Below are positions 38,318 through 46,443 of a DNA stretch of 56,334 nucleotides, piece after piece (the first letter of the stretch is position 1; every line of letters starts with the position of its first letter). This DNA comes from a virus. Taxonomy: Duplodnaviria > Caudoviricetes. The stretch spans positions 1-56,334 of IMG/VR virus record IMGVR_UViG_3300049926_000055. The stretch is one strand, 5' to 3'. Made by a program: the position numbers and the translations under genes. The notes beneath the pieces are model-generated. The model was not told the origin of the DNA. It saw nothing but the letters and a program-made list of their open reading frames with translations, and did no database searches.

Positions 38318-38472
38318 CCACACCCACCGCCCCGACCGTCGCCACCGCGTGGCCCGATAGCCCGATGTGGCACCAAACAACGGCCGCCGGCCACTGGACC
38401 CCACCACCCGACTGCCCACACCCCGCGAGCCCCGTGTTCGGGCCGTGCGCCTGCCGCGAAGACCGCCCGTGA
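38314..38472 (+). CDS. Hypothetical small protein
   Basis: GTGA overlap; DCPHP...PCAC. Confidence 0.4.
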   Translation: MTTPTAPTVATAWPDSPMWHQTTAAGHWTPPPDCPHPASPVFGPCACREDRP

Positions 38473-38584
38473 TGTGGCCGCACCTTGTCCTCGCCGTCCT
38501 CGCTGTCGCCTGCGGTGTCGCGGGCTGGCGACGCGGCGAACGACCCTGACCCGCACGACCCCACCGACCGAAAGGACCCCCGTC

Positions 38585-38986
38585 ATGGGCTGGTCATCTG
38601 CCAACGAGATCTTCAACCCCGTCGCCCGCGCTCTCATCGAGACCGGAGCCGACGACGACACCAAGACCCGAGTCCTCGGCGACCTCATCGCCGGCCTCCA
38701 GGAAGGCGACTGGGACACCGAAGACGAGTCGCTCGAGGACTTCAAGGACGACCCGGCCATCGTCAAGGCGTTCGCCAACAACGACGTCCACCTCACCGAG
38801 GAGCAGCGCGCGGACGCCGACAGCGCAGTATTCGAGCTGATCGCCGAGATCGCCGGGCGCCTCACGGACGCCACAGACGAGGGCGAGTACCAGGCAGCCG
38901 TGCTGATCAGTGACCTGGCTAACGGCCGCAAGTCGATCGCCGAGGCGCGCGCCGAGCTCGCGGACATCACCTTCCGCCACGTCTGA
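38585..38986 (+). CDS. Hypothetical protein
   Basis: RBS gaaagga; MGWSSANEIF...LQEGDWDTEDESL. Confidence 0.7.
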   Translation: MGWSSANEIFNPVARALIETGADDDTKTRVLGDLIAGLQEGDWDTEDESLEDFKDDPAIVKAFANNDVHLTEEQRADADSAVFELIAEIAGRLTDATDEGEYQAAVLISDLANGRKSIAEARAELADITFRHV

Positions 38987-39045
38987 CCGCCCGCCCCTTG
39001 TGCCCGGTCGGTCGCCCCGGCCGGGCCCCACGAAAGGCATCCCGC

Positions 39046-39528
39046 ATGACCCAGCAGCCCCGCCGCTTCCACCTCCAACGCAACCACGACGTCACAGGAG
39101 CCTCCGGCACCGGCCGCGTCGCCGACGGCGTGCTCTGGCCCGACGGAACCGCCACCCTCCGCTGGCGCGGCGACCGCGCATCCACCGTCCACTGGGACCG
39201 CGTGGACGACGCCGAAGCCATCCACGGACACGGCGGCCACACCCGCATCATCTGGGACGACCCCGAGACTGAAGCCGCCCCCGACCCGCTGACGGTTCTC
39301 AAGCAGGTCGAGCAATCACCCCGCTACGAGGTGGCCCTGGGCTGTCCGCACTGCCCCGATGGGCACACCCCGCCCGACCACGGGCAGCCCTGGGGCGTCT
39401 ACGTCGGCTCCGAGCGCGACGGTGACGGGCAGCCCACGACCATCCATGTTGGTCGGGCGGGTGGGGCGCACGTGGCCGAGTCCGATGCCGAGTGGATCCG
39501 GGTGCGCCTGAACGGAGACCCCGCATGA
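39046..39528 (+). CDS. Conserved hypothetical phage protein
   Basis: FHLQRNHDVTGASGTGRVADGVLWPDG...IHGHGGHT; second CPHCPDGH domain. Confidence 0.7.
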   Translation: MTQQPRRFHLQRNHDVTGASGTGRVADGVLWPDGTATLRWRGDRASTVHWDRVDDAEAIHGHGGHTRIIWDDPETEAAPDPLTVLKQVEQSPRYEVALGCPHCPDGHTPPDHGQPWGVYVGSERDGDGQPTTIHVGRAGGAHVAESDAEWIRVRLNGDPA

Positions 39529-39770
39529 CCGACCAGCTCGAGGCTGCTCACCCTGCGCGTGACGAGTACGTCGTGGAGCGCGCCCTGCCCGGCGGCAGGT
39601 GGGTCGTCGACAGCATCGTTCCTGCCCCGACGCAAGCCGAGGCCGAAGCCGATGCGGCGTGGTTCATGGACCCGAACCCGGAGGACACCTTCCGCACCGT
39701 GCGCCGCACGATCGCCAGCACCGTGGTCGCCATCCGGCCCGGCCGCACCACCGAGGAGCCGACCCCATGA
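39525..39770 (+). CDS. Hypothetical protein
   Basis: ATGA overlap; RBS ggag. Confidence 0.55.
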   Translation: MTDQLEAAHPARDEYVVERALPGGRWVVDSIVPAPTQAEAEADAAWFMDPNPEDTFRTVRRTIASTVVAIRPGRTTEEPTP

Positions 39771-40738
39771 CCCAGCCCACCCCCGGCACCCCGCCCACCG
39801 GACCCGCAGGGGCCAGCAGCGCCAACCCTGAACGCTGCGCCTGTGGCAGCAGCGCCCCCGTCGTCACCCTGTGCAATGAGCAGCCCATGTGCGGGCGGTG
39901 CCTACGATCCATGCAGGTCGCCGACGCTGCGCCCCAGCCGATCATTGACGCGCTCGTCGACATGACCGGCGAACTCCGGCGCGTCGCCGACGCACTCACC
40001 AGGCGCGGCGAAGACAGCCCCACCGAGCCAGACGCCCCGCACGAGAAGTGCCTATGCCCCGAGGGCCTCGCCGCGCTCTGCGACCGCTGCCCAAGCCACG
40101 CGGACAACGCCCGGCCCGAACTCACCCGGCTCCGCACCGAGCTCGCCATGCAGAAGGGCATCAGCGCTGACCTCCGCGTCGAGACCCGGGCACGCGGCGA
40201 CAAGCTGACCGCCGTCCGCGACCTCATGGGCCGCTGGGCCAAGCGCACCGACCAGCTCAAGCGTGCCGCCGAGCTGCTCGAAACCGCCCTTGACGGCCCG
40301 GCCGCCGCCACCCCGACGCCCGAGGCGCAGCAGGCACGCGAGGCCGAGGCCATCCGGCAGCTCGACGCGGAGCAGCACACCGGCACCGTCGTCAAGCCCT
40401 ACACCGAGCACGGCGAAAAGCGTTGGGTGTTCCGCTGCTGGGGCACCGACACGTGCGACGGCTGGCTGTCCCTCGAACACAGCACGCAGTCGTCCGCCGA
40501 AGCCGCCCGGGACCGGCACGTCGCCGAGGAGCACAGCACCGCTCAGCGCGTGCCTTGCACGGCCTCCATCCGACTTGATGGGGGGCACGTCGTCCGCTGC
40601 CATCTGGCAGCCCACCACATGAGGCCGCGTTCCCCCGGCCCCCACGATGGCCTCAACCCTGGCACCAAACTCATGCACTCCTGGTACGACACTGCGCCCG
40701 GCGCGACCCCGCACATCGAGAGCCCCAAGGAGCAGTAA
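39767..40738 (+). CDS. Mosaic hypothetical protein with several Cys/His modules
   Basis: CAC...CGRC, CLC...CDRC and FRCWGTDTCDG...RDRH modules. Confidence 0.6.
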   Translation: MTQPTPGTPPTGPAGASSANPERCACGSSAPVVTLCNEQPMCGRCLRSMQVADAAPQPIIDALVDMTGELRRVADALTRRGEDSPTEPDAPHEKCLCPEGLAALCDRCPSHADNARPELTRLRTELAMQKGISADLRVETRARGDKLTAVRDLMGRWAKRTDQLKRAAELLETALDGPAAATPTPEAQQAREAEAIRQLDAEQHTGTVVKPYTEHGEKRWVFRCWGTDTCDGWLSLEHSTQSSAEAARDRHVAEEHSTAQRVPCTASIRLDGGHVVRCHLAAHHMRPRSPGPHDGLNPGTKLMHSWYDTAPGATPHIESPKEQ

Positions 40739-40741
40739 CCC

Positions 40742-41179
40742 ATGGCCAAGCACTTCACCCCGCGCCGGCAGGAACTCTGCGCATGGCTCACCGCGAACGG
40801 CATCGACCCGAACGTCGTCCCCGTCGACGCAGACCTCACCATCAGCACCGGCCCCGACGGCACCCGCCGCATCCACTACGAGGCCCACGTCCGCAACGAG
40901 AACGGCCGTATCACCCTCAACGAGCGCGGCGACAACCCGGCCATCGAGAAGCTGAGCGTCCCGCTGATCGTCGACCCGCCCGTGTGGTGGCATCCGCATG
41001 TGAAGCCCACCCGCGAGCAGCTCCTCGCCCGCGCCGAACGCGTGCGCGCGCTGCATCGCCGGAACGAGAACACCGCAGAGTGCGAGTACTGCTCGGCGCG
41101 GGATTACCCGGGCTACGCGGTGCCGTTCCCGTGCGGCACGATCCGCGCACTCGACGGCCAGGATCAGCCCGATGCCTGA
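40742..41179 (+). CDS. Hypothetical protein
   Basis: WLTANGIDPNVVP; VRALH...CEYC...PCGTIRALD. Confidence 0.65.
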   Translation: MAKHFTPRRQELCAWLTANGIDPNVVPVDADLTISTGPDGTRRIHYEAHVRNENGRITLNERGDNPAIEKLSVPLIVDPPVWWHPHVKPTREQLLARAERVRALHRRNENTAECEYCSARDYPGYAVPFPCGTIRALDGQDQPDA

Positions 41180-41672
41180 CTTGCACGGCTGGATCACCCA
41201 GCAGATCACCGACACGGCGGCGGCCGCCAACCGGTGGCACGACACCGAATGCGACGTCCATGCCACGACCCTGATCGACGCGGCCGTCATCCAAGGCGCG
41301 ACCCTCTGCGACTGCGGCGGCCCGGCCGCCGTCATTCGTCGCTGCGCCGCCGACCGGAAGATCCTCGAACACCACGCGCCCGCAGGCGGCAACTGGGAGC
41401 CCCACGCCTGCACCGGCTGCGGCGACGACTCCGAATACGGGGCGCTCGTCACCCACACCAACGACTGCCCCACCCTCCAAGCGCTGGCCGAGGGCTACGG
41501 CCTCACCGAGGAGCAGCGCGCGCAACTCGACCGGCCAGAGCCCGAACCACAGCAGCGCCCGTGCGGCACTGGCTTCCTCATCCCGGAGGCGATCTACGGG
41601 CCGCTCCTGCGCCTGGCACTCGCCGACGTCCCGCCCGCGCTACGCGGCCCCAACTGGAAGGCGCAGCAGTGA
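41172..41672 (+). CDS. DUF6221-like protein
   Basis: PAAVIRRCAADRKILEHH...CPTLQALAEGYG. Confidence 0.65.
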   Translation: MPDLHGWITQQITDTAAAANRWHDTECDVHATTLIDAAVIQGATLCDCGGPAAVIRRCAADRKILEHHAPAGGNWEPHACTGCGDDSEYGALVTHTNDCPTLQALAEGYGLTEEQRAQLDRPEPEPQQRPCGTGFLIPEAIYGPLLRLALADVPPALRGPNWKAQQ

Positions 41673-41860
41673 CCGACAAGCCCGGCGAGATCCACGTCCG
41701 GATCGAAGGCGACATCCGGCCGCCCTTCGTCGTCGCCATGGAGACGGCGATGGATATGTGCAAGGACGCGGGGTGGACAGTGGAGGCGGCGATCATCCAC
41801 AAGCTGACGACCGAGGGGCTGTGCATGTGGCGGCTCGACCAGCAAAGCGGCGAGTCGTAG
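41669..41860 (+). CDS. Hypothetical small protein
   Basis: GTGA overlap; last gene before stem-loop 41889-41918. Confidence 0.5.
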   Translation: MTDKPGEIHVRIEGDIRPPFVVAMETAMDMCKDAGWTVEAAIIHKLTTEGLCMWRLDQQSGES

Positions 41861-41966
41861 CGCAGACTCCGCGCACGCCCCGCCCCTCGCGCCCCGCTGC
41901 TCCCGAGTAGCGGGGCGCCCCCATGCCCGGGCATCATCACCCCCACATTCGTCCACAGGGGGACAC

Positions 41967-42521
41967 ATGCACACCCGCACCGCATACGCCGCACTGCTCG
42001 CCACCGTCGCGCTCACCGCCGGATGCACCAGCACCAGCCACGACGACGCCAAGCCATCGACCACACCCACCACCAAGCCGGCCACCGCCAGCCCCACCGG
42101 CCCGCTCACCCTCGGCGCACCCAGCGCCTGGCACGGCGACGGATACGCCGGCACCACCACCGCCCTCACCTACACCCAGCCCGTCACCGGGATCCCCGCC
42201 AACGACGGCCTCGGTGTCAAAGACGGCGTGTGGGCCGTCGCCGAAGTCAAGGTCTGCAACAGCGCGGGGAGCAGCGACATCACCGTCAGTCAGTTCCCGT
42301 GGCAGCTTGGCTACGCGGACGGCACCCGCATCAAAGTCACGGGCTTGAACGGTGGTGATCTGCCGAAGCCCGAGTTCCCCACCGACGACACCACGGTGAT
42401 CGCGGGGGATTGTTTGCGGGGGAAGATCCCGTTCTATGTGCCGCGGACGTCGCGGCCGGACCGGATCATCTATGCGCCGGAGGGCGGGGATTCCGCGGTG
42501 TGGGGGGTGCCCGGGAAGTAG
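41967..42521 (+). CDS. Lipoprotein (DUF4352-like fold; possible superinfection or entry exclusion)
   Basis: Lipobox LTAGC, Thr/Pro linker, EVKVCN...GDCLRGKIPF. Confidence 0.75.
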   Translation: MHTRTAYAALLATVALTAGCTSTSHDDAKPSTTPTTKPATASPTGPLTLGAPSAWHGDGYAGTTTALTYTQPVTGIPANDGLGVKDGVWAVAEVKVCNSAGSSDITVSQFPWQLGYADGTRIKVTGLNGGDLPKPEFPTDDTTVIAGDCLRGKIPFYVPRTSRPDRIIYAPEGGDSAVWGVPGK

Positions 42522-42540
42522 GCTGGCCGCGAAGGACAGG

Positions 42541-42571
42541 GAAGCCCCCCACTTGCCCAGTGGGGGGCTTC
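42541..42571. terminator. Bidirectional terminator
   Basis: GAAGCCCCCCACT-tgccc-AGTGGGGGGCTTC between convergent genes. Confidence 0.8.
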
Positions 42572-42584
42572 GTCGTGTGCGGGG

Positions 42585-42800
42585 TCAGAGTTGGTTGGGC
42601 TCCAGCATGCAGAACAGGGTCGCCCCGCTCTCGATCTCCAGCGCCGCGCAGGCCTTCGAGTACACGTCCTGGTACACCTCCTGCCGCGTCGCGCCCTTGG
42701 CCGCTACGGCAGTGCCCGCGATGGTGTTGACGTTGACGCCGGGGACGCCCTCTTTGACGAACTGGAGGGTGATCACGTAGTGGTACTCGCGCTTGCTCAC
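42585..42800 (-). CDS. Small hypothetical protein
   Basis: YHYVITLQ...TRQEVYQDV...LFCMLEPNQL; coupled to HTH gene. Confidence 0.6.
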   Translation of the reverse strand: MSKREYHYVITLQFVKEGVPGVNVNTIAGTAVAAKGATRQEVYQDVYSKACAALEIESGATLFCMLEPNQL

Positions 42801-43108
42801 GAGCCATCCCTCTCTTCGGCCCTCTTCGGCCGGTCCTTCCATGCGCCTGCATGGCCGCGCACGATGTCCTGCACCACGCCAGCCGACATGGCCAGCCGTT
42901 CCGCGATCTTGCGAATGGGGATCGCGGGGTCCTGGCTGCGCAGGGACAGCACAAGATCGCGGCGCTCCTTGTGCCAGTCCTTGACCTTGCTGGCCTGTAG
43001 TGCCAGCACCTGGTTCCTGGCCCGCACGCGCGCCTCAAGGTCCGTGATGCCGTCGATCTCATCAAGGGCGTCTGACACCCGCTGCACCTCCTCGCCTCTG
43101 TCGTCCAC
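42797..43108 (-). CDS. HTH regulator divergent from the transfer operon
   Basis: IPIRKIAERLAMSAGVVQDIVRG. Confidence 0.75.
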   Translation of the reverse strand: MDDRGEEVQRVSDALDEIDGITDLEARVRARNQVLALQASKVKDWHKERRDLVLSLRSQDPAIPIRKIAERLAMSAGVVQDIVRGHAGAWKDRPKRAEERDGS

Positions 43109-43151
43109 GCGCGTTCCTCTCCGGTAACCGGGAGGCGGCCCGTTCCAACGC

Positions 43152-43185
43152 TTGCATGGAGACCATACATGTGCGTATGGTCTCC
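43152..43185 (+). promoter_or_regulatory. Promoter and palindromic operator of the transfer operon
   Basis: TTGCAT-18 nt-TATGGT overlapped by GGAGACCATAC-6 nt-GTATGGTCTCC. Confidence 0.7.
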
Positions 43186-43304
43186 GTACAACGGCGGAGA
43201 GGAACCGTCTCCGTCAGCTAATAAGAACGGCCCCCGCTCCGCGCCTGGCAGCAATGGAGTGGGGGCCGGACCGCCCGTCACCGCTAAGTACACGGGAGAT
43301 CCAC

Positions 43305-43712
43305 GTGAAGGTTACCGACGACCCCACCCGTCAGCCCAGCCCCGCGCGTGCCGACCACCGCGACGACATCCCCGCCGGCCCCCCGCTGCCGCGCCCCGGC
43401 CGCATGCTGGTCGCCGCCGGACACGTCCACCGCGCCACCGGCATCGCCTACTCAGGCCGCGTCACCAACCGCGCGTTGACCCAAGCACGCAGCACCCTGG
43501 CCACCGCAGAGCAGCAGCTCGCCCACGTCCACGGGAACCGCGCCTGGCGCCTCGGGCTCCGCGTCGACAGCGCCAAGGCCACACTCCGCGCCGCCACGCC
43601 CTGCCCGAGTTGCGGCGGCGCCGGCGGCCGCACCGTCGACACCAGCAGCGGTGGCGTGTCCCGCCAGAGCTGGCAGACGTGCGGGACCTGCCGAGGATCC
43701 GGCACCCGCTAA
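43305..43712 (+). CDS. Protein with DnaJ-like CxxCxGxG Zn finger
   Basis: CPSCGGAGG...CGTCRGSG; first gene of the operon. Confidence 0.6.
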   Translation: MKVTDDPTRQPSPARADHRDDIPAGPPLPRPGRMLVAAGHVHRATGIAYSGRVTNRALTQARSTLATAEQQLAHVHGNRAWRLGLRVDSAKATLRAATPCPSCGGAGGRTVDTSSGGVSRQSWQTCGTCRGSGTR

Positions 43713-43794
43713 CCCCCAGACCGCCGTCGCCTCGGGGTGTTCCCCCACGGCCTGAGGCGACGGTGCCCCACCCCACCGCACCGGAGGAACCCCC

Positions 43795-44817
43795 GTGTCC
43801 GAGCGCCCGACCCTCACGACCACACAGCGATGGCTCACCGCAGCCGTCGCTGGTTTCGCGATCGTCATCGCCGGCATTGGATTCGCCGGCTCCTACGCCG
43901 CCGTGCGGCAGCTGGCGCTCGCGAAGGGCTTCGGCGAGTTCGCCACCGTCTTCCCCATCGGCCTCGACGCCGGGATCGGCGCGACCCTCGCCCTTGACTT
44001 GCTCCTCACCTGGCTGCGGATCCCCTTCCCCCTGCTCCGGCAGACCGCGTGGCTCCTCACCGCGGCGACGATCGCGTTCAACGCGGCCGCCGCGTGGCCG
44101 GACCCGATCGGCGTCGGCATGCACGCCGTGATTCCGATCCTGTTCGTCGTCGTCATCGAGGCCGCCCGGCACGCGATCGGCCGGGTCGCCGCCATCACCG
44201 CCGACCGCCACATGGAGCCCGTGCGCCTGTCGCGCTGGGTCCTCGCCCCGTGGCCGACGTTCCGGCTGTGGCGCCGCATGAAGCTGTGGGAACTCCGGTC
44301 CTATGACGAGGTTGTCCGGCTGGAGCAGGACCGTCTCGTGTACCGGGCGCAGCTGCGGGCGCGCTACGGCTGGGCGTGGCGCCGCCGGGCCCCCGTCGAG
44401 CTGGTGCTGCCGCTACGCCTGTCGCGCTACGGCGTGGCGGTCGCTGATGCTCCGGCCGCTATCGCGTCCGCTACGCCCGTCGCCACAGTTCCCGCTACGC
44501 CGAAGCGGACCCGTAGCGCGGTCGCCATCCCGGCCGCTACGCCCGCGCTGCCCGCCGCCACGGAGCCGCCCGCGACCGTGGCGCCCGCCGAACCGACCGC
44601 CACCGCCACGGCGTACGCCGTCGACGCGTACGAGCCCGGCACACCGCAGCACGTCGTCCACACCCTGTGGATGGTCACCGGCCACCGCCCGGGCGGGCCC
44701 GAGATCGCCGCAGCCCTCGGCACCGCCGGCCTGCCCAACTCTCCGCAGCAGGCCCGCAAGATCCGTGCGCAGGTCGCCCGCGAGATCGCCGACCTGCCCG
44801 GCCCGCGAGCTGCCTGA
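43795..44817 (+). CDS. DUF2637 / Spd-like membrane protein of actinomycete transfer elements
   Basis: GFAGSYAAV...FPIGLDAG...TAATIAFN...HAVIPILFVVVIEAARH...RWVLAPWPTFRLWRRMKLWELRSY; C-terminal HTH-like end. Confidence 0.8.
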   Translation: MSERPTLTTTQRWLTAAVAGFAIVIAGIGFAGSYAAVRQLALAKGFGEFATVFPIGLDAGIGATLALDLLLTWLRIPFPLLRQTAWLLTAATIAFNAAAAWPDPIGVGMHAVIPILFVVVIEAARHAIGRVAAITADRHMEPVRLSRWVLAPWPTFRLWRRMKLWELRSYDEVVRLEQDRLVYRAQLRARYGWAWRRRAPVELVLPLRLSRYGVAVADAPAAIASATPVATVPATPKRTRSAVAIPAATPALPAATEPPATVAPAEPTATATAYAVDAYEPGTPQHVVHTLWMVTGHRPGGPEIAAALGTAGLPNSPQQARKIRAQVAREIADLPGPRAA

Positions 44818-44935
44818 CCGCAACTACAGCCGCAGTCACACCGGCCCCGCGCCACCCACCTGAACAGCGCAAACCCCGCCCCAACCCTGACCGCAGCCGT
44901 AGTCAGGGTTCCAGTCACAGTGAGGAGGCCACCCA

Positions 44936-46402
44936 GTGGCCCGCACCGCACCGCCGCCCGCCGCACCGGTCGCGGCGCCCCCGGCCCCGCCGCCCGCCGC
45001 ACCCGCGGCCGAGCGGCCCTCGCCTGTTCTGGCCTGGCCGTCCGAGTGGCCCGTGCCCGAACCGCCTGCTCGCCAGTCGCGTGCCGGCCGGGGTCTGCCG
45101 ATGGCCCCGGTGATGGCTGCGGGGGGGAACGCCACGGCGATGACCGCTACGGCCGCGTACCAACTCGGTGGGCCGATCGCCGTAGCGGCCACGGGCGTCG
45201 TGGCGGTGGCGGGTGCTACGGCCGCCGTGGTGCGGCGGCGCGCTGCGGTCCGCCGTAGCGTGGCGCAGCGCGCGAGTCGCGCTACCGCTACGTGGGGGAG
45301 CGCTACGGGTGGCGGTGGCGCGTGGCGCAGCGCTACGCCGAAGTCGTCGGGGCGTGGCGGTGGCGGTAGCGGCACGTCGGGTGGCGGCCGTGGCGCCGGT
45401 GGCGGGCAGCGTGGCGGCGCTATGGCGCCATCGGTGAACCGTCCCCGTGGCGCCACCGGTAGCGGTGGAGGTTCCGGTTCCGGTGGCGGCCTGTCAGGCA
45501 AGGACCGCACCAAGGCATCCGGCGCCACCGGCACCGGCGCGTCCGACCGACCCGGCCGCCACGACTCCGGTAGCGGCAAGCGCCACGATCGCACCGGCAG
45601 CAAGGGCCACGGATTGAAGGCCGCCATCGGCCGCGCCCTGCGTGCTACCGCCCGGCCCGACTCGAAGACCCGCAAGACCCTCGGCGCCATCGGCCGTGGC
45701 ACCGTCGGCCGCACCTCACCCGCCGCCAAGACTCTGCGCGCCACCGGACGCGGCGCCAAGGCCGCATGGAACACGCCCGCCCGCCAGGCCGCCACCCGCG
45801 CCACAGCACGACAGGCGAAGCGGCTACGCGGCGCAGCGTGGGACGGCGTGCGCTCCATCCTGTCCGGCGCCCGCACGCTGCTCCACCGACGAGGCGGCAA
45901 GGCTGCGCTCGCGCGGATCCGAGACGTGTGGCACCGCCGCCGTGGCGCCCGCAACACCCCACCCACGCCGCCGCCCGCATCGGTCGCCGCATCCGTACGA
46001 CGCCCCACCGCCACCACAACCACGACCAGCACCGGAGGAACCGCCGTGTCCGGACACCACTTCGTCGCATCCGCCATGGAAGGCGCACGCGCCGCCGCCA
46101 ACTACGACCCCAAGGGAATGCTCGAAGTCGGCGAGGACTTCGCCGGCCTCGAAGAGGCGCTGCGCCTGCACGCCGAGGCTATGAAGGTCACCGTCGAGAA
46201 CGCCGACGCCAAGCTGCCTCTCGACCCGCGAATCATCGAGATCATGCGGCAGATCCACCAGCTTGAGATCAAGGCCGCCGAGATGGCCGCCGAGCTGAAG
46301 CCCGCGTTCGAAAAGTTGCACGACGTTGACCTCAGCCGCCTCCGCAACCCCCGCAAGGGCGTCCAGGGCGAGCGCATGTGGGACGTCACCGCCAACCTCT
46401 GA
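44936..46402 (+). CDS. TraA-like transfer protein (TM, Gly/Arg-rich linker, helical C-terminal domain)
   Basis: Directly upstream of the FtsK-like gene; ends FEKLHDVDLSRLRNPRKG..ERMWDV, resembling Streptomyces plasmid transfer proteins from memory. Confidence 0.55.
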   Translation: MARTAPPPAAPVAAPPAPPPAAPAAERPSPVLAWPSEWPVPEPPARQSRAGRGLPMAPVMAAGGNATAMTATAAYQLGGPIAVAATGVVAVAGATAAVVRRRAAVRRSVAQRASRATATWGSATGGGGAWRSATPKSSGRGGGGSGTSGGGRGAGGGQRGGAMAPSVNRPRGATGSGGGSGSGGGLSGKDRTKASGATGTGASDRPGRHDSGSGKRHDRTGSKGHGLKAAIGRALRATARPDSKTRKTLGAIGRGTVGRTSPAAKTLRATGRGAKAAWNTPARQAATRATARQAKRLRGAAWDGVRSILSGARTLLHRRGGKAALARIRDVWHRRRGARNTPPTPPPASVAASVRRPTATTTTTSTGGTAVSGHHFVASAMEGARAAANYDPKGMLEVGEDFAGLEEALRLHAEAMKVTVENADAKLPLDPRIIEIMRQIHQLEIKAAEMAAELKPAFEKLHDVDLSRLRNPRKGVQGERMWDVTANL

Positions 46403-46443
46403 CCGGCCTCGTCCTAACCACCTCCTCGATTCGGAGCAGCACC

